From Acidobacteriota bacterium (GTDB lineage: Bacteria > Acidobacteriota > UBA6911 > RPQK01 > JAJDTT01), in the NCBI GenBank assembly GCA_965209055.1, contig OZ242374.1:4704001-4768000 (forward strand): 64,000 nucleotides of DNA, given 5' to 3'. Below, piece after piece: positions 19,353 through 29,391 of the stretch. A program made the translations under genes and the position numbers. The notes under the pieces are model-generated. The model did no database searches. It saw only the letters and a program-made list of their open reading frames with translations, and was not told where the DNA came from. Every line of letters begins with the position of its first letter. Within the stretch, counting starts at the first letter, position 1.

Positions 19353-19733
19353 TCAGTTGGTGTGGCGGTTCAGTACCGACTGATAATAGTTCTTTATCTT
19401 TTCCAGTTTGGGAAGAATGTCCCGGTCCACGACCCCACGGTCCCAGGTACGAGCCTTGTAACGTGCACAGTAGGCACTTGACTTCAGGGGGCCATAGAAG
19501 CGGACCAAATTGCGTCTCAGGTCGGGATGGGAGGCAACTACCCTCGCCCTCGTCTCGTGGCTGTGGGGGTCAAAACGACATGTTGGAATTATGTCGATGA
19601 TGGCATCGACATAATGAAGGGCCGCATATCCCGCGACAACAACCGCCCAAGTCCAGTGTGTGCGGGATTTCAACAAGTAATCCAAACACTCCTCGCACTC
19701 TTTCGCCTTCCGCAAGTGCTGTTCATAGGTCAT
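19353..19733 (-). CDS. HEPN domain protein
   Basis: H..KA, W......YAALH.VDA, H..R, Y..L.....ARY pattern of small HEPN proteins. Confidence 0.7.
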   Translation of the reverse strand: MTYEQHLRKAKECEECLDYLLKSRTHWTWAVVVAGYAALHYVDAIIDIIPTCRFDPHSHETRARVVASHPDLRRNLVRFYGPLKSSAYCARYKARTWDRGVVDRDILPKLEKIKNYYQSVLNRHTN

Positions 19734-20271
19734 TGGACAGGACTTTGAACTCGTCGGAGACAGTTACTGAGTGTGGCAGAACGTAACAGTCAAAACCGAA
19801 AATCCGATTGGAGACGATCAAGTCAGCCTCAAAATCGAAAACCTCGCCGACCTCGTCATAGTCCAGATCCTTGAAGAGAGACCAGACGACAACAGTACTG
19901 CTCCTCCGAAGATAGACCACACTGTGGGCATTCGGGAAGGTCGCAAACACGCGGTCGGCGAATGACTGCATGATGTCTTCCAAACGTGCGGCATCCCGCT
20001 GCACAACAACTTGAGTCGCTGGTTCAGTACTGAGGGAACGAACGTCTCCAGTTAGTACCGGTGCCCAACCGGAATTCCAACAGCGACCCAGATCTCCCAG
20101 GGCCATCAGGTCCAATCCATCGGCCACCTTGGGCGTTGTGCCGTCACGAACGGACTGTGGACGCTGCCACGCCTGTCCTTCAAGGAGAGCGTCCTGGCAA
20201 GATACGAATCTTGGATGGTCAACCATCACCGATCCGGTCAGGCTACGAGATGACGAGACTTGGTATTTCAT
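19723..20271 (-). CDS. Hypothetical protein with a degenerate minimal nucleotidyltransferase-like C-terminal domain
   Basis: C-terminal alpha/beta pattern VVVWSL...VFDFEADL......FDCYVLP; no GSxARG/DxD motif; coupled to the HEPN gene. Confidence 0.5.
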   Translation of the reverse strand: MKYQVSSSRSLTGSVMVDHPRFVSCQDALLEGQAWQRPQSVRDGTTPKVADGLDLMALGDLGRCWNSGWAPVLTGDVRSLSTEPATQVVVQRDAARLEDIMQSFADRVFATFPNAHSVVYLRRSSTVVVWSLFKDLDYDEVGEVFDFEADLIVSNRIFGFDCYVLPHSVTVSDEFKVLSNDL

Positions 20272-20519
20272 CAATGAACCTCTTCTTCGTCAGGACTCCG
20301 CGACACGTCCACTACATTCGAAGAACGAACCAAGAAGATCGGCTCTCCGTTGGCGTCCTTTCTGTTGAGACGGTGGATCTTGGTCGCCACCAGTTTGATA
20401 CGAACCGTTGATCCGTCCTCGCACGAATACTCGTTCCAGTCTTCGCGGACCGAGGAGAACCCAAGCTCCGTCGAGGGTTCCCATTTCCCGTCAACCATGA
20501 TTCGCGTTTTCTTAGACAC
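20271..20519 (-). CDS. Small beta-rich hypothetical protein
   Basis: EDWNEYSCEDGSTVRIK...D.NGEP.FLVRSSNVV; GGAGG RBS; TGATG overlap with the next gene. Confidence 0.7.
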   Translation of the reverse strand: MSKKTRIMVDGKWEPSTELGFSSVREDWNEYSCEDGSTVRIKLVATKIHRLNRKDANGEPIFLVRSSNVVDVSRSPDEEEVH

Positions 20520-20626
20520 TACAATCCTCCAATTTCATTAGAATCAGGTACTTACGGATTCAAGATGATTAGACGCGACCACACACCGCCAACAGTTTCT
20601 CCATCACCTCATGCAAAAGTACCACA

Positions 20627-22348
20627 CTACACAGCCTCCCCGCTAGTTGGTCGGTCGTGTCCTAGTGCGGGGGCAACGGATGCCAGCACGTCATGCAGAA
20701 GGGAATCGAGGAGACGATGGCGGGTGCCATCGGCGGTACCGATACCGGCTTCCAGCCGATGGCAGAGCACCATGAGTTCATCGACCTTGCCGACGATGCG
20801 GTGCTGCTCGGCGAGCGGCGGCAAGGGAAGCGGCAAGGCCCGGAGAATTGCCTGATTGATCTTTGGCATTGTTTTCTGCGCCCCGGTTGCGTTTTCCGAG
20901 AAGTAGTTCCTGGCCGCGGGAGATACACAAAAGAGATGTACGAATCTCAAGCTGACTTCGGAAGAAAGCCTCACGCGTATCATCAAATCCGGGAAGATGA
21001 ACTCTCCCGGCGGACCATCGTAGATCGCAGCCATGCCGACGTATTCGCGGGTATTGCCGCGCTGAAACAACAAATCGTTAGGTTGGAGCCAAAACTCCGA
21101 GTCTGGCCCGATGACCGCGTCAACTCGCTTGAAGTGGGAGATGTCAAAGGTGCCGCTTGTCGTGGCGCTAAGAGTGACTGCCCTTGGCGCATCCTCCCTT
21201 GCTGACGGGCGTGGCGACAGCCCATTCCTTGGGCCAGCAACGATTACGTGTCCTAGCTGTCCCCACGCCCAGTTGGACGGCAGCGCATACATGCCTTGGA
21301 TGGGATTGCGGCACTTGTCCGGACGCGGCGAGGACAGACGCGCAGACTTTATTCGCGCGTGAACTTCTTGACCGGAGCCCTCCTCTGGATTTGGCTCCAC
21401 GAGCTTCCCCCGCACGGCGAGGCCAAGAATCGTCTGGCGTAGATGCCTGATCTGATCGGCACGAGCGGTCAGTGCGGGCAGGGCATCGACGGCAAAGCGC
21501 GCGTGAGAACGAAACGTCGGCGCGTCGATGTCGGGTGCGTTCAGACGGGTCAGGCTGGCCTTGGTCAGCCGGTCGCGGGTGTCCTCCCGCACGGTGCGTG
21601 CTTCCTCCAACTGGTCGCAGACGGCCATGAGTTCGTCGACCTTGGCAGCTATGCGGTGCTGCTCGGCAAGGGGCGGGAGGGGAAAAGGAATGCTCAGTAA
21701 CTCTTTGAGCTTGATGCCCTTCACTGTCAGGCCAGTTCCTTCGAAACCGTGCGTCAGGAAAAAATTGTAGGTGTAGTCAACGCTCAATAGGTCCGACAGG
21801 ATAAGCGCTCGCAGGTCTTGATTAATGGCAACAGCGACCCTGTTGATCGATACCTTGCCTAGCCCCATGCGGGTCACGACAAGGAGGTTGTCCGGCTCAA
21901 TGAGGTTCGATGAACTGTTCTCAAGGCCAGCCTCTGTGATGCGGTCAATGGTGTCATCGAGATACTTGGACTTGCCAACGTCCTTGACGCTTGCCCAGCG
22001 CACCGAACCACCCCAGTATTTCCCATTGCTTTTCGAAGGTGTCCCACCTCCAAGATGCTTGACTATGACGTCGCCCAGTGCGACGAAGGACCAGCCTGAG
22101 GGCAAGTCATAAGAAGGTTCATCGACTACTTCTATCCGCTTCAGTTTCCTGATCAGTCCCGCCTTCACCAGCCGCGCCTTCTGCGCCGCCATCCGTTTCA
22201 GCAATTCCGCCGCCGGTTCATCCGACGGATCCTGCTCCACCAGCTTCCCCCGCACGGCAAGATCCAGCACGAAGCGGCGCAGACGGCCAACGGCGCCTGG
22301 TGCCTCGGCTACGCGGTCATAGAGGGCGAACAGGCGGTCGGCATTCAC
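20627..22348 (-). CDS. hsdS: Type I restriction-modification specificity subunit
   Basis: Two target recognition domains; repeated PLPPLAEQHRI..KVDELM and LAVRGKLV. Confidence 0.93.
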   Translation of the reverse strand: MNADRLFALYDRVAEAPGAVGRLRRFVLDLAVRGKLVEQDPSDEPAAELLKRMAAQKARLVKAGLIRKLKRIEVVDEPSYDLPSGWSFVALGDVIVKHLGGGTPSKSNGKYWGGSVRWASVKDVGKSKYLDDTIDRITEAGLENSSSNLIEPDNLLVVTRMGLGKVSINRVAVAINQDLRALILSDLLSVDYTYNFFLTHGFEGTGLTVKGIKLKELLSIPFPLPPLAEQHRIAAKVDELMAVCDQLEEARTVREDTRDRLTKASLTRLNAPDIDAPTFRSHARFAVDALPALTARADQIRHLRQTILGLAVRGKLVEPNPEEGSGQEVHARIKSARLSSPRPDKCRNPIQGMYALPSNWAWGQLGHVIVAGPRNGLSPRPSAREDAPRAVTLSATTSGTFDISHFKRVDAVIGPDSEFWLQPNDLLFQRGNTREYVGMAAIYDGPPGEFIFPDLMIRVRLSSEVSLRFVHLFCVSPAARNYFSENATGAQKTMPKINQAILRALPLPLPPLAEQHRIVGKVDELMVLCHRLEAGIGTADGTRHRLLDSLLHDVLASVAPALGHDRPTSGEAV

Positions 22349-23796
22349 CGCAACAGTGCCTCGGTCAAGATTCCTTTCAACTGGTCTCGTACCGATATCA
22401 CCTCGGCCTCGGCACGCGTCAACTCCTCCAGAAGCGTCTCGGGATCGCCATGATCTTCTTCCTCGGTATGAGGGTTCTTGATGTCGAGGTTGTATCCGCG
22501 CGCCGTAATCTCCTCAACAGTCACCTTCCAGGCGCGATCACCCTCCTCTCGACCCGTGCGTTCCATCCCACCCCACCAAGCAGCACAGTCCTCAAGATGC
22601 TCCAGCCGGATGGGTCGGGTCATGGAATAGGCTTTTTGGCCTTCGGGAACGAGATGTTCCCAGAACCAGATGTCCTTGGTCGGTTCGCCCTTCTCAAAGA
22701 ACAGCAAGTTTGTCCCGATCGAGGCGTAGGGACGGAACACCGAATTCGGCAGGCGCACGATGGTGTGAAGATTGCATTGCTCCATCAGTTGCTCCTTGAG
22801 CCGGGTCTTGACGCCCTCGCCGAACAGGGACCCGTCGGGTAGGACCACGGCAGCCCTGCCGCCCGGTTTCAGAAGCCGGATGATCAAAGCTAGGAACAGA
22901 TCCGCCGTCTCGCGCGTCTGGAAGTGCTTCGGGAAGTTGGACTCGATGCCGTCCTCCTCCTTGCCGCCGAACGGCGGATTGGTCAGCACAATGTCCACGC
23001 GCTCGTCCCTGCCCCAGGAGATATAGGGACGCGCCAGCGTGTTGTCGTGGCGCAGAAAGGACGGATCCTCGATGCTGTGCAGGAGCATGTTCGTAACGGC
23101 GAGCATGTGGGGAAGCGGCTTCTTCTCAACCGCCCGAAGGGAGGTTTGCATTCTTGCTTCGTCCTCGGGCCGCTTCACGTACCGTTCGCGCATGTGCCGG
23201 ACGGCGCAGGTGAGGAACCCGCCGGTGCCGCACGCCGGATCAAACAGGGTCTCCCCGGGTTTCGGGTCGATCATCCGGGCCATGAACGAGGTCACGGCCC
23301 GTGGCGTGTAGTATTCGCCCGCATTGCCGGCCGATTGGAGATCGTTCAGGATCTGCTCGTAGATGTCGCCAAAGTGCCGGCGGGCAGCCAGGTTGTTGAA
23401 GTCGATCCCGTTGATCTTGTTGACGACTTGCCGCATCAGTTGCCCGGACTTCATGTAGTTGTAGGCATCCTCGAACACGTCGCGCACGACGTTCGCGCGA
23501 GGGGCGGCACTGGGCAAGAGTTTCTTCAACTGCGGAAAGAGATCACCATTGACGAAGTCGAGCAGATCCTCGCCCGTGATGCCTTCCGGGTCGGCGGCCC
23601 AACTCCGCCACTGCAAGGAGTCAGGTAAGGGTGAACGGTATCCGTCCTTAAGTACTTCGAGCTCCCGGTCCTGATCGTCGATGATCTTGAGAAAGAACAT
23701 CCAGCACAGTTGGCTGATGCGCTGCGCATCGCCATCAACGCCCACGTCCTGGCGCATGATGTTCTGAATGGACTTGACGAGGGTGCTGACGGACAT
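22345..23796 (-). CDS. hsdM: Type I R-M N6-adenine methyltransferase
   Basis: GEYYTPR, DPACGTGGFL, TNPPFGG. Confidence 0.95.
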   Translation of the reverse strand: MSVSTLVKSIQNIMRQDVGVDGDAQRISQLCWMFFLKIIDDQDRELEVLKDGYRSPLPDSLQWRSWAADPEGITGEDLLDFVNGDLFPQLKKLLPSAAPRANVVRDVFEDAYNYMKSGQLMRQVVNKINGIDFNNLAARRHFGDIYEQILNDLQSAGNAGEYYTPRAVTSFMARMIDPKPGETLFDPACGTGGFLTCAVRHMRERYVKRPEDEARMQTSLRAVEKKPLPHMLAVTNMLLHSIEDPSFLRHDNTLARPYISWGRDERVDIVLTNPPFGGKEEDGIESNFPKHFQTRETADLFLALIIRLLKPGGRAAVVLPDGSLFGEGVKTRLKEQLMEQCNLHTIVRLPNSVFRPYASIGTNLLFFEKGEPTKDIWFWEHLVPEGQKAYSMTRPIRLEHLEDCAAWWGGMERTGREEGDRAWKVTVEEITARGYNLDIKNPHTEEEDHGDPETLLEELTRAEAEVISVRDQLKGILTEALLR

Positions 23797-23799
23797 CTC

Positions 23800-26154
23800 T
23801 TACGCGACCTCTTGATAGAGAGCGGACTGTACATCGTGCACCGCCCGCTCGAAACCGGGCTTCCCGCCGAACGCGCGGACCAGTTCCAACGGTGTGCCGA
23901 GTCGGTCGAGTGGAGCGATCCTGAGAAACTTGGCGTCGTCGATATTGAGCATACCCTCGTCCGCGTACTTGTCGAGCAACGCATCGAGCACAGCGCGGGC
24001 CTGACCTCCGTATTTCGTGAACACATCCCGCTTCTTGACGTTCTCGGCCCGCTCACGGCGGGTCAGCGGTTTGGCGTCGAAGGCGACGTGGCAGACGAGA
24101 TCGAAGGGGTCGAGATCCTTGTCCAGCTCTTGCGCGATCACTGTAAGCGGCAGGCCCTCGGCCTCCATCTCGTCAATGATCGCCTGCTTGCGCTCGGCGG
24201 CTTTCCATCGGGTCAGGAAGTCGTCAAGGCTCGCGAAGCGCCTACGCAAGGCCTTCCTCGTGAAATCGCGTAGCGACTCGGTCACCAGCTTGCCGTGCCC
24301 GTCGAGATACTGCACCCGCGCGGCGACGATGGCCACTTGGACGCCATCGACATAGATTTTCTTCTGTGGCCCCGGTGGCGGATCTACGTCGCCGTTCCCG
24401 TTCGGGCCGGGGTCCGGCCCATCGGGTGGCGCGATCGGACCGTCTTCCTCCGGCCTGTAAATCTGGACCGGCTCGCCGTCGAAGTCCGGGTCCGCGAAAT
24501 GACCGGTCGCCCCCCGGAAGTCGATGAGCGTGAAGTAGAACTTTCCTGTGTCTTCGTGAACGCGGGTACCGCGGCCGACGATCTGCTTGAACTCGGTCAT
24601 CGACCCCACCTTTCGGTCGAGTACGATCAACCGGCAAGTCTGGACATCGACGCCGGTGGATAGCAGGCGCGACGTGGTGACCAGGACAGGATATCTCGAT
24701 TCCGGGTCGATGAAGTTCCCGAGCTCGGCCTGTCCCGCAGCATCGCCACCGGTGATCCGCATGACGTAACATGAGTTGCCCTCGACGAGATCCGCGTTCT
24801 CGTTGATCAGTGCCTGGCGCATCCGCGCGGCGTGTTCCTGATCGACGCAAAAGATGATCGCTTTCTGGAAGCGGTCGCCACTCTCCTTCAGGAAAGTTGT
24901 GACCTTTTCCGCGACGAGTGTCGTCCGCTCGTCGATGACCAGAGTTCGGTCGAAGTCCGTCAAGTTGTAAATGCGATCCTTAACTGGCTCGCCGACGCGG
25001 TCGACCTTTCCCTTCTCTGGGCGGTAGCCCTCCACGTCACGATCGATATGGACCTTGACCACCTTGTAAGGCGCGAGGAAACCGTCTTGGATGCCCTGCT
25101 TCAAGGAGTAGGAGTAGACCGGCGCCCCGAAATAGGCAATGTTGGAGATGTACTTCGTCTCCTTCGGTGTGGCCGTGAGGCCGATCTGGGTTGCGGAGGA
25201 GAAGTATTCGAGGATCTCGCGCCATGCCGAATCGGCGGCGGCACTACCCCGGTGGCATTCATCGATCACGATCAGATCGAAGAACCCCGGCGTGAAATTC
25301 CGGTAGGCCTTCTGGTATTCCTCCGGCCCGGTAATCGCCTGATAGAGACCGAGATAGACCTCGTACGCGGGGTCGATACGGCGCGAGAGCTTGGTCATCT
25401 TACCGCCGAACGGGCGGAAATCGTTCGTCATCGTCTGGTCGACAAGCACGTTGCGGTCGGCGAGGAACAGAATGCGCCTCTTGCGTCGTGCCTTCATTAG
25501 CCTCCAGATAATTTGGAAGGCGGTGTACGTCTTGCCCGTACCTGTGGCCATGACGAGTAGGATACGGTCCTGCCCCTTGGCGATGGCCTCGATCGTCGCG
25601 TTGATGGCGTTGACCTGATAGTAGCGCGGCGTCTTGCCGCCGCCGTCATCGAAATAGTCTTGAAGGACGATCTCCTCTGCTTCCGGCGTCAGGCCCTTCC
25701 AGGCCCGATAGCGCGCCCACAGATCGGTGGGTGACGGAAAGTCTTCGAGAGAAAGGTTCGACTCAAGCGGTGTACTGGCCGCCGTGCGGTCGTGGAACAC
25801 GAAGCCGTCGCCGTTGGAAGAGAACGCGAAGGGAACGTTCAGGATCTCAGCGTAATCCAGAGCCTGCTGCATGCCGTCGCCGACGCTGTGGGAATTGTCC
25901 TTTGCCTCAATCACCGCGATCGGGATGTTCGGCTTGACATAGAGGACGTAATCGGCGCGTTTGCCTTTGCCGCGTGCGACCAGCTTGCCGCGCACGACGA
26001 TGCGGCCCTTTGTGAAGCTCACCTCCTCTCGAATCTGGGACATCTCGTCCCACCCGGCGTTGCGAAGGGCGGGCGTGATGAACTTCGTGCAGATGTCGCG
26101 CTCCGAGAGGCCTCTGTTGTCCATCCGGCTCAGAGGCCCCCCGTTCTGTTCCAC
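23800..26154 (-). CDS. hsdR: Type I R-M endonuclease subunit (EcoAI/EcoEI-like)
   Basis: ADY...IEAK nuclease motif, [26 protein letters not shown], EcoEI-type C-terminus. Confidence 0.95.
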   Translation of the reverse strand: MEQNGGPLSRMDNRGLSERDICTKFITPALRNAGWDEMSQIREEVSFTKGRIVVRGKLVARGKGKRADYVLYVKPNIPIAVIEAKDNSHSVGDGMQQALDYAEILNVPFAFSSNGDGFVFHDRTAASTPLESNLSLEDFPSPTDLWARYRAWKGLTPEAEEIVLQDYFDDGGGKTPRYYQVNAINATIEAIAKGQDRILLVMATGTGKTYTAFQIIWRLMKARRKRRILFLADRNVLVDQTMTNDFRPFGGKMTKLSRRIDPAYEVYLGLYQAITGPEEYQKAYRNFTPGFFDLIVIDECHRGSAAADSAWREILEYFSSATQIGLTATPKETKYISNIAYFGAPVYSYSLKQGIQDGFLAPYKVVKVHIDRDVEGYRPEKGKVDRVGEPVKDRIYNLTDFDRTLVIDERTTLVAEKVTTFLKESGDRFQKAIIFCVDQEHAARMRQALINENADLVEGNSCYVMRITGGDAAGQAELGNFIDPESRYPVLVTTSRLLSTGVDVQTCRLIVLDRKVGSMTEFKQIVGRGTRVHEDTGKFYFTLIDFRGATGHFADPDFDGEPVQIYRPEEDGPIAPPDGPDPGPNGNGDVDPPPGPQKKIYVDGVQVAIVAARVQYLDGHGKLVTESLRDFTRKALRRRFASLDDFLTRWKAAERKQAIIDEMEAEGLPLTVIAQELDKDLDPFDLVCHVAFDAKPLTRRERAENVKKRDVFTKYGGQARAVLDALLDKYADEGMLNIDDAKFLRIAPLDRLGTPLELVRAFGGKPGFERAVHDVQSALYQEVA

Positions 26155-26155
26155 G

Positions 26156-26344
26156 TCACTCCCGTTCCTCTGTTTCCGGTCGGGTACCAGGCATGTGGAG
26201 CGCCTTCATCGGCTCAAATTCCTCTACCGAGAACACCACGACAACCGGCCGCCGGTGCTTCGTAACCGTGAAGGGTGCGGCGCAGGCGAGGCCGATGAGG
26301 CGTCCAAAGCAGTACTTCACGTCTTTCGCGCTCAGTGTCCGCAT
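26156..26344 (-). CDS. Phd/YefM-family antitoxin-like protein, possibly degenerate
   Basis: [15 protein letters not shown].....[19 protein letters not shown]; no toxin partner; abuts hsdR. Confidence 0.7.
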   Translation of the reverse strand: MRTLSAKDVKYCFGRLIGLACAAPFTVTKHRRPVVVVFSVEEFEPMKALHMPGTRPETEERE

Positions 26345-26650
26345 GCCATTCCCAAAGTTGATGGCAAACGTCAATCTTGGACAATTTGGCTGACCGGAGC
26401 AAGGCGAAGTACCCACTTGGACCCTTCCCAATTCGTTATCGGACGCCAAGGTCAGCTAATCTCACTTGTCTATGGGCGTTCTGCTCCAGCGCTTCGACGA
26501 GGTCCCGGTTCCCATTCCGGATCGAGCGTTCAACCAGATCCACTTGCCACCCCGGATCAGCAAGACCGATGGCCTGCGCCGCCCCACAGAGGATTGACTA
26601 CACGGGTTGCCAGAGCCAGCCTTATTGGAGCCTTCCCGCCAGGGATAATT

Positions 26651-26752
26651 TGGACGGGAGCGACCCCCCCAAGGGGGTGTGGCGCAGATGTGAATTGCGC
26701 AACACCCCCGCGCCCGCACCGGGCAGCAAAAAGGGGGGGTCGCTCCCGTCCA
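26651..26752. other. Nested inverted-repeat structure (three-way junction)
   Basis: Perfect 20-bp inverted repeat 26651-26670 / 26733-26752 enclosing a 14-bp stem (26673-26686 / 26696-26709, one mismatch) and a 5-bp hairpin (26712-26724). Confidence 0.75.
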
Positions 26753-27567
26753 CCTCCATTTTCCCCGTGCGGCCACCCTGTGGCCGGAAATATGGCCGCA
26801 ACTGAGTGAAACGCCAAGGGATCGGGGGAGACGGATTTGTGAGTCACCGGGACCGCTTTTTGTGAATCCACCCCCTTTGTCCCATTCACATCCCGGATCG
26901 GGCGCGAGACCCTCTTTTCGCACAGCCGAAACGGCCCTCCATCAGCCTTTGCGACTGCCAAGTGCGGAACCGTCTCGGCAACCGTCTCGCAACGTTCGCA
27001 ACACTGCTCACTTGGCCCGACCCGATAGCCTCGCCTTCCGGCGCAGGTCCGCTCGAAGCCCATGGACCCCTGGATCGGTTCGGCTGTCCAGGCTCCCGAG
27101 ATTCCCCGTAGCGAGCGCGTCGGATCAATGGATGGGATCGGTCTCCAAGTCTTGAACTTCGCTGGCCTGGGAAACCGGGACCCGCCCCCGGAGATTAAGA
27201 CCACAACGGCAATCATGAGAAACGACCCTGATCGCCTTGGGCCTGATTGTTGCCGGTGGCTCTCTGGCGACGGGGGGGGCTGTTCCACGCCGTTGCGTAC
27301 CACGAAACCGTGACCGTGACGCTCATCAGGGCCTAGGGAAGTCGCTTCTCGCGGGCAGCCAACGGCCAGACGGCCACATTCTTCCCAACTCAGCCGGAGT
27401 CATCTGCCGCCAAGGCGAGGAAAGAGGTAAGGCTCTCCGCTAAAGGACCATGGGCTTGTTCAGACCTTCCCTAAAATCACGCCATCTGAACTTACCCAGT
27501 GAGCCGATTGCGGAGAAAAATACACATTTCATAGTGCGAGTCTGATCAATACCAGGAGGTAGGCATC

Positions 27568-28128
27568 ATGAGAATCCTTAGAGGCATGCGCAACAGGCGG
27601 TTTCGGAAGACGATGGCTGGGGGATTGGTCCCCTTGCTGCTCCTGGTGGTCTTGCCGGGGTGTGTCGCGCGGCACATGCCGGATTGGGAGAAGTTGGAGA
27701 ACATCCGTGACAACGCGATCACGCGGGTGGAACTGTATGAGGACAACACTCTTGGTGACGGCTCGACCAAGTACACGGGTCAGTTCTACGGGGCGTCCTC
27801 CCGGTCCATGACGATTGTGTCCACGGACGGGATGTCGCAGACGTTCCAGCGACCGGACATCCGCAAAGTGCTGGTCGAACGTGATTTCGGCAAGCGGTGG
27901 GCCGGATGGGTTGCCCTGGGCTTTGGATTGGCGCTTTGCTCAGGTTTTTTGAGTGACGATTTCGCTCCGAGTGCCCAGGTTCTATTCGGAATTGCTCTTC
28001 CTGTCGGTGTCTCCATCCCGTTTTTCATGGGCTCAAAGATGGGAGGCATTTACGAGATCCCTCCATCGCAAAGAGGAGAATGGAACCAGTATAGTGCTGG
28101 CCGACTGGAATCGAAGTCCGGCAATTAG
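27568..28128 (+). CDS. Putative lipoprotein with C-terminal membrane hairpin
   Basis: RBS AGGAGG, lipobox-like LPGC, small beta domain, two hydrophobic segments. Confidence 0.65.
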   Translation: MRILRGMRNRRFRKTMAGGLVPLLLLVVLPGCVARHMPDWEKLENIRDNAITRVELYEDNTLGDGSTKYTGQFYGASSRSMTIVSTDGMSQTFQRPDIRKVLVERDFGKRWAGWVALGFGLALCSGFLSDDFAPSAQVLFGIALPVGVSIPFFMGSKMGGIYEIPPSQRGEWNQYSAGRLESKSGN

Positions 28129-28309
28129 ATGTTTTTCCAAGGATCAACTTGTGATGAAGGTGAGTGAAGACGGGGAAGCCGTTGCCAATGGGAAACGAAT
28201 TTGTCAGGGTTCAGGGGTTGCCGAGCGTCGCTGTCCAAAGATCGATACAGCGCACGCATAATGTGTTTTGAACCTGGGGAACAAGGGAAAAGAGAAGAGA
28301 TTGTCGGCG

Positions 28310-28472
28310 TTCAGGAACCGATTCGGCTGCCTGTTTGTTGCCTGTGCAGCACGCCAAACATGGGGAGTCAACCACTTTACCGATTCGGCGAAGAACCCGG
28401 TAATCCATTGAAAACGTTAATGTTTAGTAGTTATTGACTGAGGGACGGTTGGGATTGGAAATCGCCCCTCCT
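28310..28472. repeat. Element right end (attR), shared with 4511-4673
   Basis: Ungapped alignment at offset 23799; contains the arm-type repeat, IHF-like TAATCCATTGAAA (28401-28413) and the core. Confidence 0.85.
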
Positions 28473-28499
28473 GGCGCGGACCGTTTATGATGTGGGGCA

Positions 28500-29339
28500 A
28501 TGCAAGCTACACGAAATATGCTCTCGCTGGCGGCCGGTCTGGCTTTCTCCGTCCAGCTCGGATCGTGCGGGACTGCTCCATCTGATCAGACTCCCCAGCC
28601 TCCCGAACCGGAGGCCGTCGCCGGCTGGCGGATGGTCGACCTCACTCACGCTTACGGCGGGGACACGCTCTACTGGCCCACCGACACCACCGGATTCCGG
28701 CTTGAGACGCTTGCCGAGGGACAGACGCCCGGAGGCTACTTCTACGCCGCCAGGAAATTCGCGACCGCGGAGCATGGCGGAACGCACCTCGATGCGCCCT
28801 TCCACTTCGCCAAGGGAGGCGCCACTGCAGAATCGATTCCCTTGGAGCGACTCATCCTCCCGGGGATCGTCATTGACGTCACCGCGGCGGCGGCGGCCGA
28901 TCCGGACTATCTGGTCACGCCGGCAGACATCACGGGGTGGGAGGAGAACCACGGCCGCGTGCCGGAGGGGTCGGCCGTACTGATCCGGACCGGTTGGGCC
29001 GCCCGCTGGCCTGACGCCCTCGCCTACCTCGGCGACGACACACCCGGCGAGACCGGAAACCTGCACTTTCCCGGGATCGGTGAAGCGGCGGCCCGTCTGC
29101 TGGTGCAGGAACGCGCCGTCGGGCTGCTGGGCATCGACACCGCCAGCGTGGACTACGGTCAGTCCACCGACTTCATCGTCCACCAGGTCGGGGCCGCCGC
29201 CGATGTGCCGAATCTGGAGAACGTTGCCGACCTGTCGGCATTGCCACCCCTTGGGTTCCTGCTCGCGGCGTTGCCGATGAAGATCGAAGGCGGCACCGGC
29301 GCGCCGGTGCGGATCGTCGCGCTGATCCCGCCGCGTTGA
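28500..29339 (+). CDS. Cyclase family (kynurenine formamidase-like) lipoprotein
   Basis: EHGGTHLDAPFHF, LIRTGW, GIDTASVD, LEN, GGTGAPVR. Confidence 0.9.
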   Translation: MQATRNMLSLAAGLAFSVQLGSCGTAPSDQTPQPPEPEAVAGWRMVDLTHAYGGDTLYWPTDTTGFRLETLAEGQTPGGYFYAARKFATAEHGGTHLDAPFHFAKGGATAESIPLERLILPGIVIDVTAAAAADPDYLVTPADITGWEENHGRVPEGSAVLIRTGWAARWPDALAYLGDDTPGETGNLHFPGIGEAAARLLVQERAVGLLGIDTASVDYGQSTDFIVHQVGAAADVPNLENVADLSALPPLGFLLAALPMKIEGGTGAPVRIVALIPPR

Positions 29340-29391
29340 ACTACCGAAAGATGCGAGACAGAACATTTTTTCCTTGCAAAGGAGGACGAAC

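Larger units (their letters stand above)
17841..28463. mobile_element. Integrative element (tyrosine integrase, excisionase, defence cargo) inserted in a REP
   Basis: 11-bp direct repeat GATTGGAAATC at 17841-17851 and 28453-28463; integrase next to the left end; 18-bp repeat TGCCTGTTTGTTGCCTGT at 17948-17965 and 28328-28345. Confidence 0.85.

Noticed and set aside
17841-28463. Prophage or conjugative element
   Set aside because: No structural, terminase, relaxase or type IV secretion genes are present.
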